Assembly (NCBI RefSeq): GCF_009914755.1
Contig: NC_060928.1
Strand: one strand, 5' to 3'
DNA: 64,000 nt
DNA from: the human T2T-CHM13v2.0 reference genome, Homo sapiens
The notes beneath the pieces were generated by a model. That model searched no databases, was not told where the DNA came from, and worked only from the letters and a program-made list of their open reading frames with translations. The translations under genes and the position numbers were made by a program. This document shows, in pieces, positions 12,081 through 31,677 of this stretch; position 1 is the stretch's first letter; each line of letters opens with the position of its first letter.

Positions 12081-13500
12081 TGTTGGTTGTAATAGATGTA
12101 GTTTAACCAATTTACATTTTTATTAACTGTCACCAACCAAAATATTGACTCAAATCCTGTAGCTATTTGATTTCAAGCTTTAAATTGATCTGGTATTCCC
12201 CGTGGGACTCCAATCGCGTCTAAATAGAAGTGAGAGTCAAAAGACCCATAAGGGGCTTCTCTCACTTTATGATGTCTTATTTTTCCTCCCTCTGGTTGAT
12301 GAAATGCCAGGGTGAAAGGGATAGCCAATTGGACTAAAGTACAAGTGCCACTCCAGTTATTCAGCAGGGTGCCCAGGAAAGGTCCACCACAATACCACCA
12401 CACATCCGCTCGGGGATGAACAAGGGCTGACTGATTGATAAGCTCTTGAAAATTCTTAAGCTCACTGCATCCCTTCAGGTCTCCAAGGACCACTAAGTTT
12501 CCTCCCTGTCATAAGAGTCATGAAGTGAACTTAGTGTTGAGAGTCAGAGGCTGGATGGCCCTCGGGGGCTGACCTGCAGGGTGTCGGACTTTGGGATATA
12601 GCAGAGCTTGGCACGACTTATTACTCCAGGCTGTAGAATCCTGGAAAAGAGCTACCATGCAGCCCATGCCTGGTCGACTGGAGGACCACCTTAGTGGAAA
12701 GGGGACAATCTGGGCCTCTGGCCTGCTATGTGCACAAGCATAACAATTGCTTTTGTTTAATGTGTGGATGGAATATTTGATCCATTCCAACCAGGCATTT
12801 GCATCTTGGTATCCTGCTTTAATTGCCAAAGTTTGTTTTAAGTCTTTAACTTCTATGATTCTCTAGTAAAATGAATGTATGATTTTAGAAAATTACAAAA
12901 ACCGGTTGGGGCAGTCCATCCTTGCTCTTAAGTGGTCCACAGAATGTTGGACCAACTACGGCATAAGAGCTCTACATCAGGGAGCAAGACTCCTGGTTGA
13001 CGCTGGAGTCTTTTTTGAAATTTCCCCGGATTAAATGGTCCTAATTTACTAATGCCCAGTCTGAGGAGAGTCAGGAGGGACAGAGGTACTTTTCTGAAGT
13101 AGAGAGCTGTCTTTGACTTGGTAAGTCCCCACAGGGTATAACAAGGCAAGCATTAAATGCAATAGTTTGAGGCAAAATTGACTTGGTTATGTTAATAACT
13201 AGAAGGTCAGCAATAGACTGAGGAAAGAAGAAAGAGTAATAGAATAGATGAAAGAGTTAAATTTTTCTCAGCTTTAGTTTGGTAGCGTTTTCCCCTGGGA
13301 CTGTGGCCCACGACTCTGGAGGGGGTGGCGCTTTCTTGACTCAGGTGTGATGAGCCCATCCTTTTTTGCTGTATGAACAGCAGTCTCAGTGGTTAGCAGC
13401 ACAAGGTAGGGTCCATCCTAGGCTGGCTCGAGTTTTCTCTCTTTTCACCCTTTGATGAGAACATGATCTTCAGGCTGGTGTTGGTTTACTAGAAATTCTA
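12081..13500 (-). pseudogene. HERV-I/HERVIP10-like integrase C-terminus and env remnant
   Basis: A GPY-type motif (DGPYLVLLTTETAV, ~13370-13420). Env fragments GYQDANAWLEWIKYS..NKSNCYACA (12518..12829), WWYCGG..NWSGTCTLVQLAIPFTLAF..DAIGVPRGIPDQFKA (12173..12493) and [15 protein letters not shown]. Confidence 0.8.
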
Positions 13501-15139
13501 GGGGTGGTACATGTGCTTAAAAGACTTTTAGTTTTGAGGGAAAGGAAAGTGGAAGATAAACCAAGTATATAATTTCTAAGAAACTGACCTTTTGTTTTAA
13601 ATGCGGGGGCATCAGCAGTGGACTTTATAATCCCTGGTGCCTTTCTACTGAGAAATTTCCTTTAGCACCTATTTTTATTAGTTTTTGGACCAAAGAAGCC
13701 AAACACCATTTTACATTTAACAATGCTTCCTGTATGATTTTTATACCAGATAAGCTAAATTTCACCTTTATATCAGTGTGTTATTAATGTTAAACTTAGT
13801 TTTAATAAAACTTTGTAGACATATTTATTCAATTTTTAATGTTGGAACATAAGGTAAGATTTTTATAGACTCTTTTTAACCTTTTATAATCTTTGTTAAA
13901 GAGCAGGTTAGTGCTTTAAGAAAAACCCGTTGTGTTTTTACTTTAATGTCCAGTTCACAGAAAAACTGGATGATACCCCTCTAACTTTAGCTAATATGTT
14001 TACACACAGAATTTTCTTTGCAATTAACGTTTTAAAACTTGCTTAAACCTTCAGAACAATAATTTTTTTAACCTTTTAATGTAGGTAAAAATTTATATTC
14101 TTATGCCTTCTTATAATCCTTTTACCAAAGTTATATTTTACTTTTCTTATACACCTTGCACATAAACTGTTTTTTTTTTTCAAGTTTTACATTCAGGGAG
14201 CCTAGTTACTTTTAAATTATACTACATTTCTTGCATAAATTCTTTTTTTATGACATTTTTCTCTTTCACGACTTTTGCAGACAGTTCTTTGACATGCCTC
14301 AACTTTCTGACTTATTACAAACATTTCTTTCTTTAAACAACCAGTTAATTTATTTCAGGAAAAGAATTTACCATATAACACTATTTTTACATAAATTATG
14401 CCCCCCCTTTTTTCCCCTTTTTTTCGAAGATGATAACCATTCTTTTCCAAAGCGAACTTCCTTTATGTCTGTGCAATAGACTGTCTAAGGCCACAAGATT
14501 AGAAGATACTATAATACATGTTACCATGTTAAGTTTTAGCAAACTTTACTTTTGTTGAAAACCTTGTAAGTTTGGGGTTTTAATTATCCTTTGCTATTAA
14601 TAAGACCTTGTTTTGTCCAAATTAACTTAGAAGTGGTATAGATGGCTTTTATTTTTTTACTTCAATTACTCGGGAGGAACCATCGATTGTCCAGTCCTGA
14701 AGGGAGTTCCTCCTAGGTCTGGTCGGAACTTTGTATGGTAATTAAGATTTAGATGCCCTGTTAGGAAAGCTTCTGGGTTAAGGGAATTTTCAGAGGCTAA
14801 TGTTAAATCATCTTCTGAACTGGTGAGGTGTGCTCACAATGAGGTTTCCTCTAAAAGTTATTTTTTTTTTACTTTCTTCTGTTAGCAAAGCAGTTGCCGC
14901 TACAGACTGAATGCATCTGGGCCATCCACAGGTTACTGGGTTAAGGATTTTTTATAGGAAGGGTGCAGGTTATCAGTGGCCTCAGTGCTTTTGGGATACG
15001 TCCTTGTTTACACTGACAACAAAGTGGTATTGGAGTGTTATAGGGTTATGGATAATACTTTCCATTATCAATTATAGGTTTTAAATTTACCCTGGCTTTT
15101 AAAGGAATAGGGTACACTTTTTTTTTTAACCACTTGTAT

Positions 15140-15345
15140 ATTTCTCTTTTTCTTTCTTTCTTTCTTTGACTTTCTGTCTCTCTCTCTTTTTGACTTTCCT
15201 TTTGCCTCTGTCTTTTCCTCTTTTTCTCTCTCTCTTTTTCCTTGACTCCCTCTTTGTCTTTCTGTCTCTTCCTTTCTGTCTCTTCCTCTCTCTCTCTTTG
15301 CCTCTTTTCCTCTCTGTCTCTTTCCTCTCTCTCTCTCTCTGCTGG
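15140..15345 (+). repeat. CT-rich low-complexity tract in the Harlequin leader
   Basis: ~200 bp made almost only of C and T (TCTCTCTTTCTTTC...). Confidence 0.9.
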
Positions 15346-15694
15346 TCTTTCCTTGCCTCTGCCAGCTGCTTATGCTGCTGTTCTCTTAACCACTGTTGGG
15401 GCGGGGGTGTGGGTGACTAAAACCAGCTATAACCAAGTGTCTATGTACAGGAACTGGTCTGGGTGCCCTGACGTACAGGTTACCTTGTGCCATACGTTTG
15501 AAACAAGGGACCTGTCCAGGCTTCCTTCTGATGGCCAACCCACCTCTAATGCTGGCCAGTCTATTTCACACAAAGTGCTAAGTTTTCCTGGTGTCATAGT
15601 AACACCGTAATATCCCTTAAATTATTTCTTGAAATTTTTCAGCATAGTTCCTAGTAGGGTGGGCTTACCCTGTGCCTGACCCATGCTTTCTTGA

Positions 15695-16070
<376 letters not shown>

Positions 16071-16513
16071 ACACACTTTTATAGTTTACACCAAACCAGA
16101 ATCAAAACCAAAATCAAAGTATCAAGAAATCCAAGCCAAAACCAAAACCAAAGTATCAAGCAATCCAAGTCAAGTCAAAAACAAAAACCAAAGGCCGGTA
16201 CAGTCACATCATGGGTGGTCAGGCCATGCTTCCACTCAAATGGAGTGGATAAGTTCCAAAGACCAGTCTTACCAAGTTTCAGATGTCTGGACTCCAAGTG
16301 CCAGTTTGTTCCCGGTGTTCAGCCACTGTGTTGATCCTCCGCGGGGGCCGGACACACTGCTCTGGTGAGGTGTTCCACCAAGGCAAATGCCTACCTGGGA
16401 GCGCTCTCAGGATCCACGTCACTCAAGCTGGCCAGAATGCCCCACAGGGATGCTCCACAGGGCAGGCCTCAGCCGCCTAAGGGGCTGTCTCGACCGTAGG
16501 TTAATCACCTCAC

Positions 16514-16531
16514 TTCCTGGTCAGGGAACCA
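16514..16531 (-). other. Primer-binding site, tRNA-Glu
   Basis: TTCCTGGTCAGGGAACCA matches the tRNA-Glu 3' end TTCCCGGTCAGGGAACCA with one mismatch, 5 bp from the 5' LTR. Confidence 0.9.
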
Positions 16532-16536
16532 AGAAA

Positions 16537-16998
16537 TGTAGCAGGACGAGTCGCAGACAAAACCCCTCAGACACCGAGTTAAAGAAGGAAGGGCATTACT
16601 CGGCTGGGAGCATCGGCAAGACTCACTTCTCAAATACGGAGCTCCCTGAGTGAGCAATTTCTGTCCCTCTTAAGGGCTTACAACTCTAAGGGGGTCCACG
16701 TGAGAGGGTCGTGATCGATTGAGCAAGCAAGAGGTACCTGACTGGGGACTGCATGCACCAATAATTAGAATGAAACAGAACAGGACAGGGATTTTCACAG
16801 TGCTTTTCCATACAATGTCTGTAATCTATAGACAACATAACCAATTAGGTCAGGGGTCGATCTTTAACTACCAGGTGCAGGGTATGGCGTCGGACTGTCT
16901 GCCTGTGGATTTCATTTCTGCCTTTTAGTTTTTATTTCTTCTTTCTTTGGAGACAGAAATTAGGCATAAGACAATATGAGGGGTGGTCTCTTCCCTTA
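16537..16998 (-). mobile_element. LTR2 (5' LTR)
   Basis: Direct repeat of 8905..9371, followed by the PBS on the minus strand. Confidence 0.93.
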
Positions 16999-17185
16999 AA
17001 ACCAGTGTACTTGGAAAATCCATCACCTTAAATATTCATCCTTTCTTTATGCTAGAAACATTCCAGTTATTCTCTTCTAGCTATTTTGGAATATACAATA
17101 GATTACTGTAAATTATTGTGACTCTATTGATCTATCAAACACTAGGTCTTTTTTATTCTATTAAACCATATTTTATACCCATGTT
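16999..17185 (-). mobile_element. L1MA-type 3' UTR (right half)
   Basis: CCATCACCTTAAATATT...CTAGCTATTTTGGAATATACAATAGATTACTGTAAATTATTGTGACTCTATTGATCTATCAAACACTAGGTCTT is the antisense of an L1MA 3' UTR like the one at 28630-28750. Confidence 0.7.
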
Positions 17186-18055
17186 CATTATATTTCTTTA
17201 TTTTTACATTTCCTTAGAGTTAATAATTACCTTTTTCCTTAATATTCTATGTGCCTATCATTAATTCTTACCTCAGCCCTACTACTAAATTTCAATAACT
17301 CTTAATACAATTTAAACACAGAAGTCAATCCCCAATTTTGTTTTTGTTGTTGTTTGAATATTGCTTCTAGAACCATGTGTCTTGTTTCTCTAGACTGGTT
17401 GTTCTCTTGGCTTCCTTTGGATTTATTTTACAATTTTCCTTTACGTTTTTTCTGAAAATTTCCTTCCTCTTGCCTCTGCGTTAGATCCATTATTTCCTGA
17501 ACTGCATGTTTTCCTTTGCCTTGGTTTAATTCCTCATTTATATATTTAGAAGCTTCTGGTATACAGGTTTGCATCTGAGGGTTTTTGGAGTTTTGAAAGG
17601 CTGAAAATGCTTTTATTTTATCCTCACTCTTGATTACTAGTCCTATTAGGAGAAAGAAACTACAGATATATAGAATTAATAAATTGGCAAAGATATAAAG
17701 GAACTGTATATGGTGCTATGACTGAAGGAGAGTGCATAAAAAGAAGGAACTTAAAAAGGATTTAGACTTCCTTAGGGAAGTGATAGTTCAGGTCAGGGGA
17801 TAGCATAGAGGTATGTGGGTTTGCGCAGGCTGTTTCCAGTCTGCATTCACTGGGCAAGGAGCAGCTAACCTGTCAGAGTTCAGGTGGGAGCAATGAGTAA
17901 TAGGTGATCAGCACTGGAGTATGTAAAGAGGTGCAGGAATATGCAAAGGGAGTCAAGGCACCAGTTTTCATGTTGAGAAGGCCACAGAAATGTTATCATC
18001 AGGCTGATGCTGCACCATTACAGAGAGACTGTTCTGGGCAGAGCTCCACCAGACG

Positions 18056-18123
18056 CATACACACACACACACACTCTCTCTCACTCTCTCTCTCTCTCCC
18101 CCTCTCATATACACACACACACA
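18056..18123 (+). repeat. Compound (CA)n(CT)n(CA)n microsatellite
   Basis: Read directly from the sequence. Confidence 0.9.
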
Positions 18124-18329
18124 TCCCTAAGGCCTCCCCTTGCCACAGCAGGAAAAGGCATGAGAGTTTCTTCTTGCAATATTCCTCCACTGCCCTCAAC
18201 AGGAGAAACTTAACATTGTGTTCACTGAAAAGCAGAAATTCCATTGTTTATCAGGGGAATAAAGAGATCTGAGCACTAATAAACTGATAACTGACATAGC
18301 TGAATACAGAACCTGATATTTTAAAACAT

Positions 18330-19990
18330 TCAGATTTTTGGGAGCATTTCTTCACTGTTTTCTAGGTTTCAGTGTTGCTGTTAAAAGTTTGGTGGCATTC
18401 TGATTTTCAGCTCTTTATTGTGGGAGGACTTTCCCCCCACTTTAGATTATTAGACCTTTTTTATTTACACTCAAGAAATATTTGCTGAGTATCTAATAAG
18501 TGTGTTCTGGGCAAAATTATCCCTCTCCTTTAGTGTTCTGATATTTTATGTGATATTACAGTATCTATTAGTGTGGGTCAGTTTTCATTCACTGTGCTCA
18601 GTAATCAATGACCCTTCCAATCTATAAATACAATTTCTTTAATTTTAGGAAATGTCCAGTTATGATTATTTGATATATTTCTCCATTCCTTACTATGTTT
18701 GCTTCTTTCTGGAATGTCTGTTACATATATACTGAAACTTCTAGATTGATTCTTTGATTTTCTTATCACTTCTCTCCCATATTCCAATTGACTTTGTTGC
18801 TATAACAATATTTTCTAGAATACATCATCAAATGCATTTCATATTCTAATTTTGCTTGCCAAAATTTAAGTTCCATGAAGTTAGGGATTTTAATTAGTTT
18901 TGTTTATTCATATATCTCAATTTTTGAGAACAGAATCTATGCCACAGTAAGTGTACAAATACTTGAGGTATAATTGTTGAATGAATATTAAATCTTATAT
19001 GTTCATTTTTTTCATTTTCTGTTCACAATATTTCTTTTTTAATCTCTGAATTTTCTTTTAATAATATCCTGTCCTTGTTGCTTGAACACACTATTTCCCA
19101 TTTCTTTGGAATCATTAGTGATATATTTTAAGTTATTTTCTGCCCTCTGCATTGACTGTTTGCTCTAAATCCTTTCTTTTTATGACTTTTTGGTTTCTCT
19201 GTGGCACATTTGATGTTTCCTCAAATAACAATGATCTCTGGCTTAAAAAAGCTTATTGTAAGTTCTATGGTCATGAGATGGGCTTGCAGGCAAGTAGAAT
19301 TCACTCTAAATCAGTTAAGGAGCTTGAGGGAAAAGGAGAAAAATATTGCAGTAGAAAAAGGGACTTTGTTGAGGTTTGCTCTGTAAAACACATCCTCTAA
19401 TTTAATTTTTACAATTCACATGGCCAGGCTTACTCTTAATAATAATGTGGTCTTTAACTTGATTTCTGCTTGTGTTCTTTGTATCTCAATTCCTAAGCAG
19501 GGAAAACTGGTAGAACTGATTTCTAAAAGCATTCTCAGCTTCTGACCCTAATGTCCTGAAATTATTAAAACATTTCCTAACAACATCTAGTAAAATTCAA
19601 TAAGAACCAGAAGACAGAATGAATGCAGATTTGATAGCTGTGTTACTGAAGGTGAGTGACTAGGCAATCTAAGGGTGATATTTGGAAGATATATAATATG
19701 TGTCTGAAGGTCAGACAAAAATTCTGCATTGGGATACTGATTTTCATGCTATAAACATGGATAGTATATCATGTCATTAAAACCAAGTATGGTTTCTGGA
19801 TTTAGTGCCCGGGAAAATGGGTGAATGTAGGTACCATTAAAAGAGAGAGAAAGTGCAGTTGGAGAAACAGGGTTCTTTCAACAGAGGATGAGTTCAGATT
19901 TGCAAAAGATAAACTAGAGGCCTTTTTGGAACATTAAAGTACATATATCTAAAAGGTAGATAGAAATAGGAGAAAAACAATAAACTAGAG
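18330..19990. mobile_element. Very old, degraded L1M/L2 fragments
   Basis: Antisense L1-like text (TTCAGTGTTGCTGTTAAAAGTTTG..., TTTAGGAAATGTCCAGTTATGATTATTTG), an L2-like 3' end (TTGTTGAATGAAT ~18975) and an L2-like body at 19600-19990. Boundaries are uncertain. Confidence 0.4.
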
Positions 19991-20569
19991 ACACCCAATT
20001 TATTTTGTTAACATAGGTACAAGGGCATTACCTCCTTCAGTAAATCATTATGGGCCTCTTTGAGAAAATTCTCTTTTCCCATTTAACTTATTTATACATC
20101 TGTCATTGATGATATCACATGATGTCATTATTTATATATTTTTAAGTTTAGAATTTCTAATGAGAATATAGTTTTTTCTAAAATTGCCACTTTTTTATGT
20201 TTCTGAAAAATATTTTCGTTGTCTCATGCAACACTGAATTAAATGAAAGACTTAAAATAAAAGCGGTCTAATTCTCTATAGGTTATTTAATACGTAATTT
20301 GTTAAAATAGCATGAGCAATATTTCTTTCTGAAATTTCTAGGAAATTTCCTTATTCCAGTGATTTGAAAACTGTAATTTAATTTTTTTTTACCTTATGGG
20401 TTGGCATTTCTATTATTATAAAATGCTAATAACCATAAAATTACCATTACATATTGGTGTCATTTTAGTACCCTGAAGTAAATAACAATGTTGTTTTGCA
20501 CAGTTCAGGGTATTAAATAGTAGTAACTATAAAACAACACTTAGGACTTCTGTCATCGATTATTCAGTT

Positions 20570-20627
20570 ACTAGTTTCCTATTGTTGCTATAAGGATCTG
20601 CCACACACTTACTGACCTAAAATACCT
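20570..20627 (-). mobile_element. MLT1 LTR, left piece
   Basis: CTAGTTTCCTATTGTTGCTATAAGGATCTGCCACACACTTA; the element continues at ~28755. Confidence 0.55.
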
Positions 20628-22600
20628 GGAGGTCAGAGCAAGATGGCAGAATAGAAAGTTCCATTGGTTGCCACCCCTACCACCCCCTACAGGGACACCA
20701 AGTAAACAGTTATCTACACAGGAAAAAAAAACAAAACAAAACAACCTTCATAAGAACCAAAAATTAGGTGAGCACTCATAGTACCTAGTTTTAACTTCAT
20801 ATTGCTGAAAGAGGCACTGAAGAGATTAGAAAACAGTCCTGAATCACCAAGCCACCCCGCCTCCACCCGCAGCAATAATGGTTTGGTGCAGAGAGCATCT
20901 CTGGGTGCTGGGGGAAGGAGAAAACAGCAATTGTGAGGCAGAAAACTCAGTGCTACCCTGTTCGAGCAGAAAACCAGATCAAACTCATCTGATGCCCATC
21001 CAGAGAGGGAGCATTTAAATCAGCCCTAGCCAGACAGGAACCACTGATCCCAGCCGTCTGAACTTGAGTGTCTGCAAACCTTGCCACTGAGGGCTATGGC
21101 ACTCCGTGTCTCCACGTAAACTTAAAAGGCAGTCTAGGCCACAAGGACTACAACTCTTAGGTGAGTCCTAGAGCTGAATTAGGCTCAGGAACAATGGACT
21201 GGGGGACATGTCACAGACTGAGACACCATCAGAGGCAGCCAAAGGAGTGCTGGCATCTGCAGTACTGCACAGCTCTGGGCTCCAAAAGAGACCCCTTCCT
21301 TCTGCTTGAGAAGTGGAGAGGAAAGAGGAGAGGGAGGACTGTGTCTGCATCTGAACACCAGTCCAGCCACAGCAGGATAGGGCACCAGTCAGACTCGTGA
21401 GGTCCCCATTCCAGGCCCTAGATTCTAGATGGCATTTCTAGACACACCCTGTGCCAAAAGGGAACCCACTGCCTTGAAGGAAAAGACACAGTCCTGTCAA
21501 CATTCATAACCTGCTAACTGAAGAGCCCTTGGGCCCCGAACAACCAGCACTCAGGTACAACATTGAGGGCCTTGTTGAAACTCTGAGACTTGCAGGCTTC
21601 AGGTGTGACTCAGCACATAACTAGCTATGGTGGCTAAGGGGTAAAACTTCTGCCTGAGAAAAGCAGAAGAAAAAGAAAAGGAGACTTCGTCTTGCACCTT
21701 AGATACCAGCATAGCTACAGGGTAGCAGAGCACCAAGTAGGCTCTTGAGGTCCCAGACTCAAGGCTTGACTCTTTGGTGTCATTTCTGGATCTTCCATGG
21801 GCCAGAGCAGAGCCCATTGCCCTGAAAGATGAGTCCTTTGTCAGGCAGAATTTACAAGCTGACTTAAGAGACCTTGGGCCTTAAGGGAATATTGGAGTTC
21901 ATCTGGCAGTACTCCTCATGGCCTGGGTTGGTAGTGGTTGTGGGGTGAGGGTCCTCTTCCTTTGGAAAGGGGAGAGAAGAGTGGGAAAGACTGCTTCATG
22001 TGGTTTGAGTGCCAGCTCAGCCACAATACAGTAGGACACCAGGTAGACATCTAAGGTTTTGACTCAGTCCCTGACTTCTGGACTCACTGGGGGGCTTGGG
22101 GGACCTCTCTGCCCTGAAGGGAAGAACACAGGCCTGACTGGCTTTGCCACCTGCTGATTATAGATTTTCAGGACCTTAAGCAAACATAGGCAATAGCTAG
22201 AGAGTGGTTATAACAGGCCTTAGGCAAGACCAAGCACTATGCTAGCTTCAAGTTTGACCCAGTGCAGTCACAGTGGTGGTAACCACAGTGGTTACTCCAC
22301 CCAGCCTAAGGTGGCTCAGAAGAGAGAGACATACTCTGTATGTTTGGAACAAAGTAAGGGAAGGGAGCAAGAATCTCTGCCTGGTAATCTAGAGAATTCT
22401 AGATTTTGTCCAAAACCATCAACGTACCTCTAGGAATCTACAAAAAACCACAGCACTATTATGCTTCTGGTGCCCCCTAAAGTAGATACAGCTTAGATCA
22501 AAAGATCCAAGTCCTTTTGGATATCTAAAAAGCCATCCCAAGGAGGATGGCTACAAATAAGCCCAGAGAGTGAAGACTAAAATAAATACCTAGCCCTTCA

Positions 22601-23892
<1,292 letters not shown>

Positions 23893-24409
23893 GAGCAATA
23901 AATAATCATCTGAAGGAACAAAACTCACTGATAATAGTTAAGTACAGAAAAACGCAGAATATCATACACTGCAACTGTGTGTATACACTGCAACTGTGTG
24001 TATAAACCACTATTATCCTAAGTAGAAAGACCAAATGATGAATCTATTAAACCTAATAACTTCAACAATGTTTCAAGACAGTCAGTACAATAACATGTAA
24101 ATAAAAACAACAAAAAGTTACAAAGTGTGGGGATGAAGTTAAGGCATGGAGTTTTTATTAGTTATCATTTTGTGCATTTGTTTATGCAATAGTGTTAATT
24201 TGTTATCAGGTTAATATAATTGGTTACAAGATAGTATTTGGAAATCTCATGGTAACCCAAAATGAAAAAACATATAATAGACACAAAAAAATAAAAAGGA
24301 AGAAACTAAATTATAGCACCAGAGAAAATCATCATCACTAGAAGGGAACAGGAAGGAAAGAAAGAAAGAAAGAAAGAAGAGAAGACCACAAAACAACCAG
24401 AAAAAAAAC

Positions 24410-28358
<3,949 letters not shown>

Positions 28359-28752
28359 TACATATACACAACAGAGTACTATTCAGTCACAAAAAAGAAT
28401 GAGATCTAATCATTTGCAATAACTGGAATGCAACTGGAGATCATTATGTTAAGTGCAAAAAGCCAGGCACAGAAAGATAAACACTGCATATTCTGACTTA
28501 TTTATGGGATCTAAAAATCAAATCCATTGTACTCACAGACACAGAAAGTAGGATAGTTACCAGTGGCTAAGAAGGGAGTAGGGGTTTTGAAGGGTGATGG
28601 GGATGATTAATGGGTACAAAAATAATAGAATAAATAAGACCTACTATTTGATAGCATAATAGGTGTCTATAGTCATTAATAATTGTATATTTTAAAATAA
28701 AGAATGTAATTGGATTGTTTGTAACTCAAGGGATAAATGCTTGAGAGGATGA

Positions 28753-29479
<727 letters not shown>

Positions 29480-30919
29480 TAAATTAAGTAATTTGAGAAA
29501 AAATCTATTTAAGATAAATTATCTCCATACCTTTCTATCTTCTTATCTTTATAATTCTTAGAAGCTGATACTTAAGAGACCTAGACCAGATATGAAACAA
29601 AGGATTAATACTGTAATCTTTACTGACCCTCATTCTTAGCACTTTGTACCAACAATCTTGTTTTTTTAAATAAAGTACAAAGGCAGTAGTGAGTCGAGTA
29701 CCTTTTCTTTAGTTTGTAGTTTTGATAATTATCAATTAGTATTATTCCATTATCTTTTCCTTAAAACTGTACTATAAAGTTATTGTATGTCAGGCTCAGT
29801 GTGAGGTGTTGAGGATGCAAATATAAAGATATATTCCTGCACTTAAGACACATGATTAAATGAAGAATGCAGTTCTACAAGCAAAAGTTATGTTGTACTG
29901 TAACTAATACTGTAGGCATGAAGAAGATCAATTGTCAGCCAATTAGTCGTGTTTTGGCTTCTTTTCATTTTGAATATTTCTTTTTAGTTAGCTATATATT
30001 CTTCTTTGATATTAACATTAGTTTAAATGTTTTATATAGCATATCTTCTTTATGTGAAAATAATATGTACAAACTAATAGGAACTATTGATTTACCCTAG
30101 AATAAAACTTATCTCTACCTCTTATTTAAATACTCAGTAGATCTATGTTTGAGTTATTGCAACCAACTTCCATAGTGTGTCATCAGTACTACCCTTGAGA
30201 TAACAGTGGCTCATAGAGTCAAATATCTAGGACATATTAAGAAAGTAGGGGAACTCCTACAGGGAAAGTTAACAGCTTATGTGTACCTAACTCTCACAAT
30301 CAACCCAGATGATTGTTGTGTTCCAACCAACTGTACATTTGGCTGAACTGCTGAACACCTGTCCTAGTTTCAGTCACCCCTGCTGAGTGTGCCCATGCTT
30401 GAATCACTTCACAAATTAATTATTGCAATCCCTTAATGTTTAGTATCTAAAAACAAGCTTTAAGAACATTGCAAATTTATGCATATTCAAATGTTATAGT
30501 GCAACAACCAAAATATGGAAAACAAATGCACTGGAAAACTAAACTTTCATTTATAATAAAATAAACCAGAAAGCAGCATCTTATATGATAATTATCATTT
30601 TTTTTCAGATAATTATCAGATTATTTGACTGCAATCAGGAGAAACTCATTCTACCCAAGCCAAACAAAATGGATACTATAGAAAGGATATTTGAAACACA
30701 AAATCCACTGGATACTAGAAAATCAAACCCAAAATTATAAAAACTAAGATATCTATAAGGTCCAGAAAACAGAAAAAAAATAACACTGTCCTAGAGGGAT
30801 GATTATGATCAGTTATATCTTTGTGATAACTGAAAATCCAACGATTTACCATTTCATTGTCATTCTGCTCACTATCCAATTTTCAGAAGTTACAACATCT
30901 AGCATAGAAAATGTGCCAT

Positions 30920-31677
30920 TGAAATAGGAAAAGTTCTCTTATCCCCCTTGTAGGGTGTTCAATGGGAGTGTGGCTCACTTCTTTGGTGCCCCACAGCTCA
31001 AACCCCTAGGGGGAGCATGCAGAAAGGCAGGTCACGGGGAGCCTGAGGAGACAAAGGCAGTGTCTAGTGTTGAGTGTTTACAGGCCCTAAAGCCCCAGTG
31101 GGTATGTGTTACAGTTAATCAGCTCAATTAGACCCTCTGCCTTATCACAAGGACAGAGGGCTTTCTGTATCCTGAGCTCTTGCTTTAGTGTACCAGAAAA
31201 ATTGGAATCACACATGGACTGGGAGGATGGGTGCAAGGTTTTTTATGGAGTAGTGAAAGTGGCTCTCAGAAGATGTATAGGGAGGCAGAAAGAGGATGCA
31301 GTGAGAAGGTGGTTTTCCCTTGGAGTTAGGCCGCTCAGCAGCCAGGTTCTCCCCGACCACCCTCAGCTAAATGTCCCTTAGTGTCCACGTGATTCCACCA
31401 TCAATGGCCTGCCTGTGTCTGTCAGTGTGTTCTTCTACCAGTGTGTTCCTCTTGATGTCCAGCCACCTGTGTCTGTGCCCACTAAGGTCTCAGGGTTTTT
31501 ATAGGCACAGGATGCAGTAGTGGTGGGTAAGAGTAGTCTTGGAAAATTCAACATTTGGGTGCAAAAACAGGAGTGCCTTTCCTCACTTAGGTCCATGGGC
31601 ACAAGCCCAAGGGTGGAGCCCTCACCAGGGACCCCACCTTTCTCTACCCAGCAGTTTCCTGCCCCGCTCCCATATCA
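30920..31677 (-). mobile_element. Solo class I ERV LTR (LTR27/LTR28/MER52 group)
   Basis: TG...CA ends. The reverse complement begins TGATATGGGAGCGGGGCAGGAAACTGCTGGGTAGAGAAAGGTGGGGTCCCTGG. Flanks CCAT/GCAT. Subfamily uncertain. Confidence 0.75.

Noticed and set aside
17904-18272. 122-aa ORF with HTHT/SLSL runs
   Set aside because: The frame stays open because it crosses the (CA)n(CT)n microsatellite; no domain similarity is recognisable.
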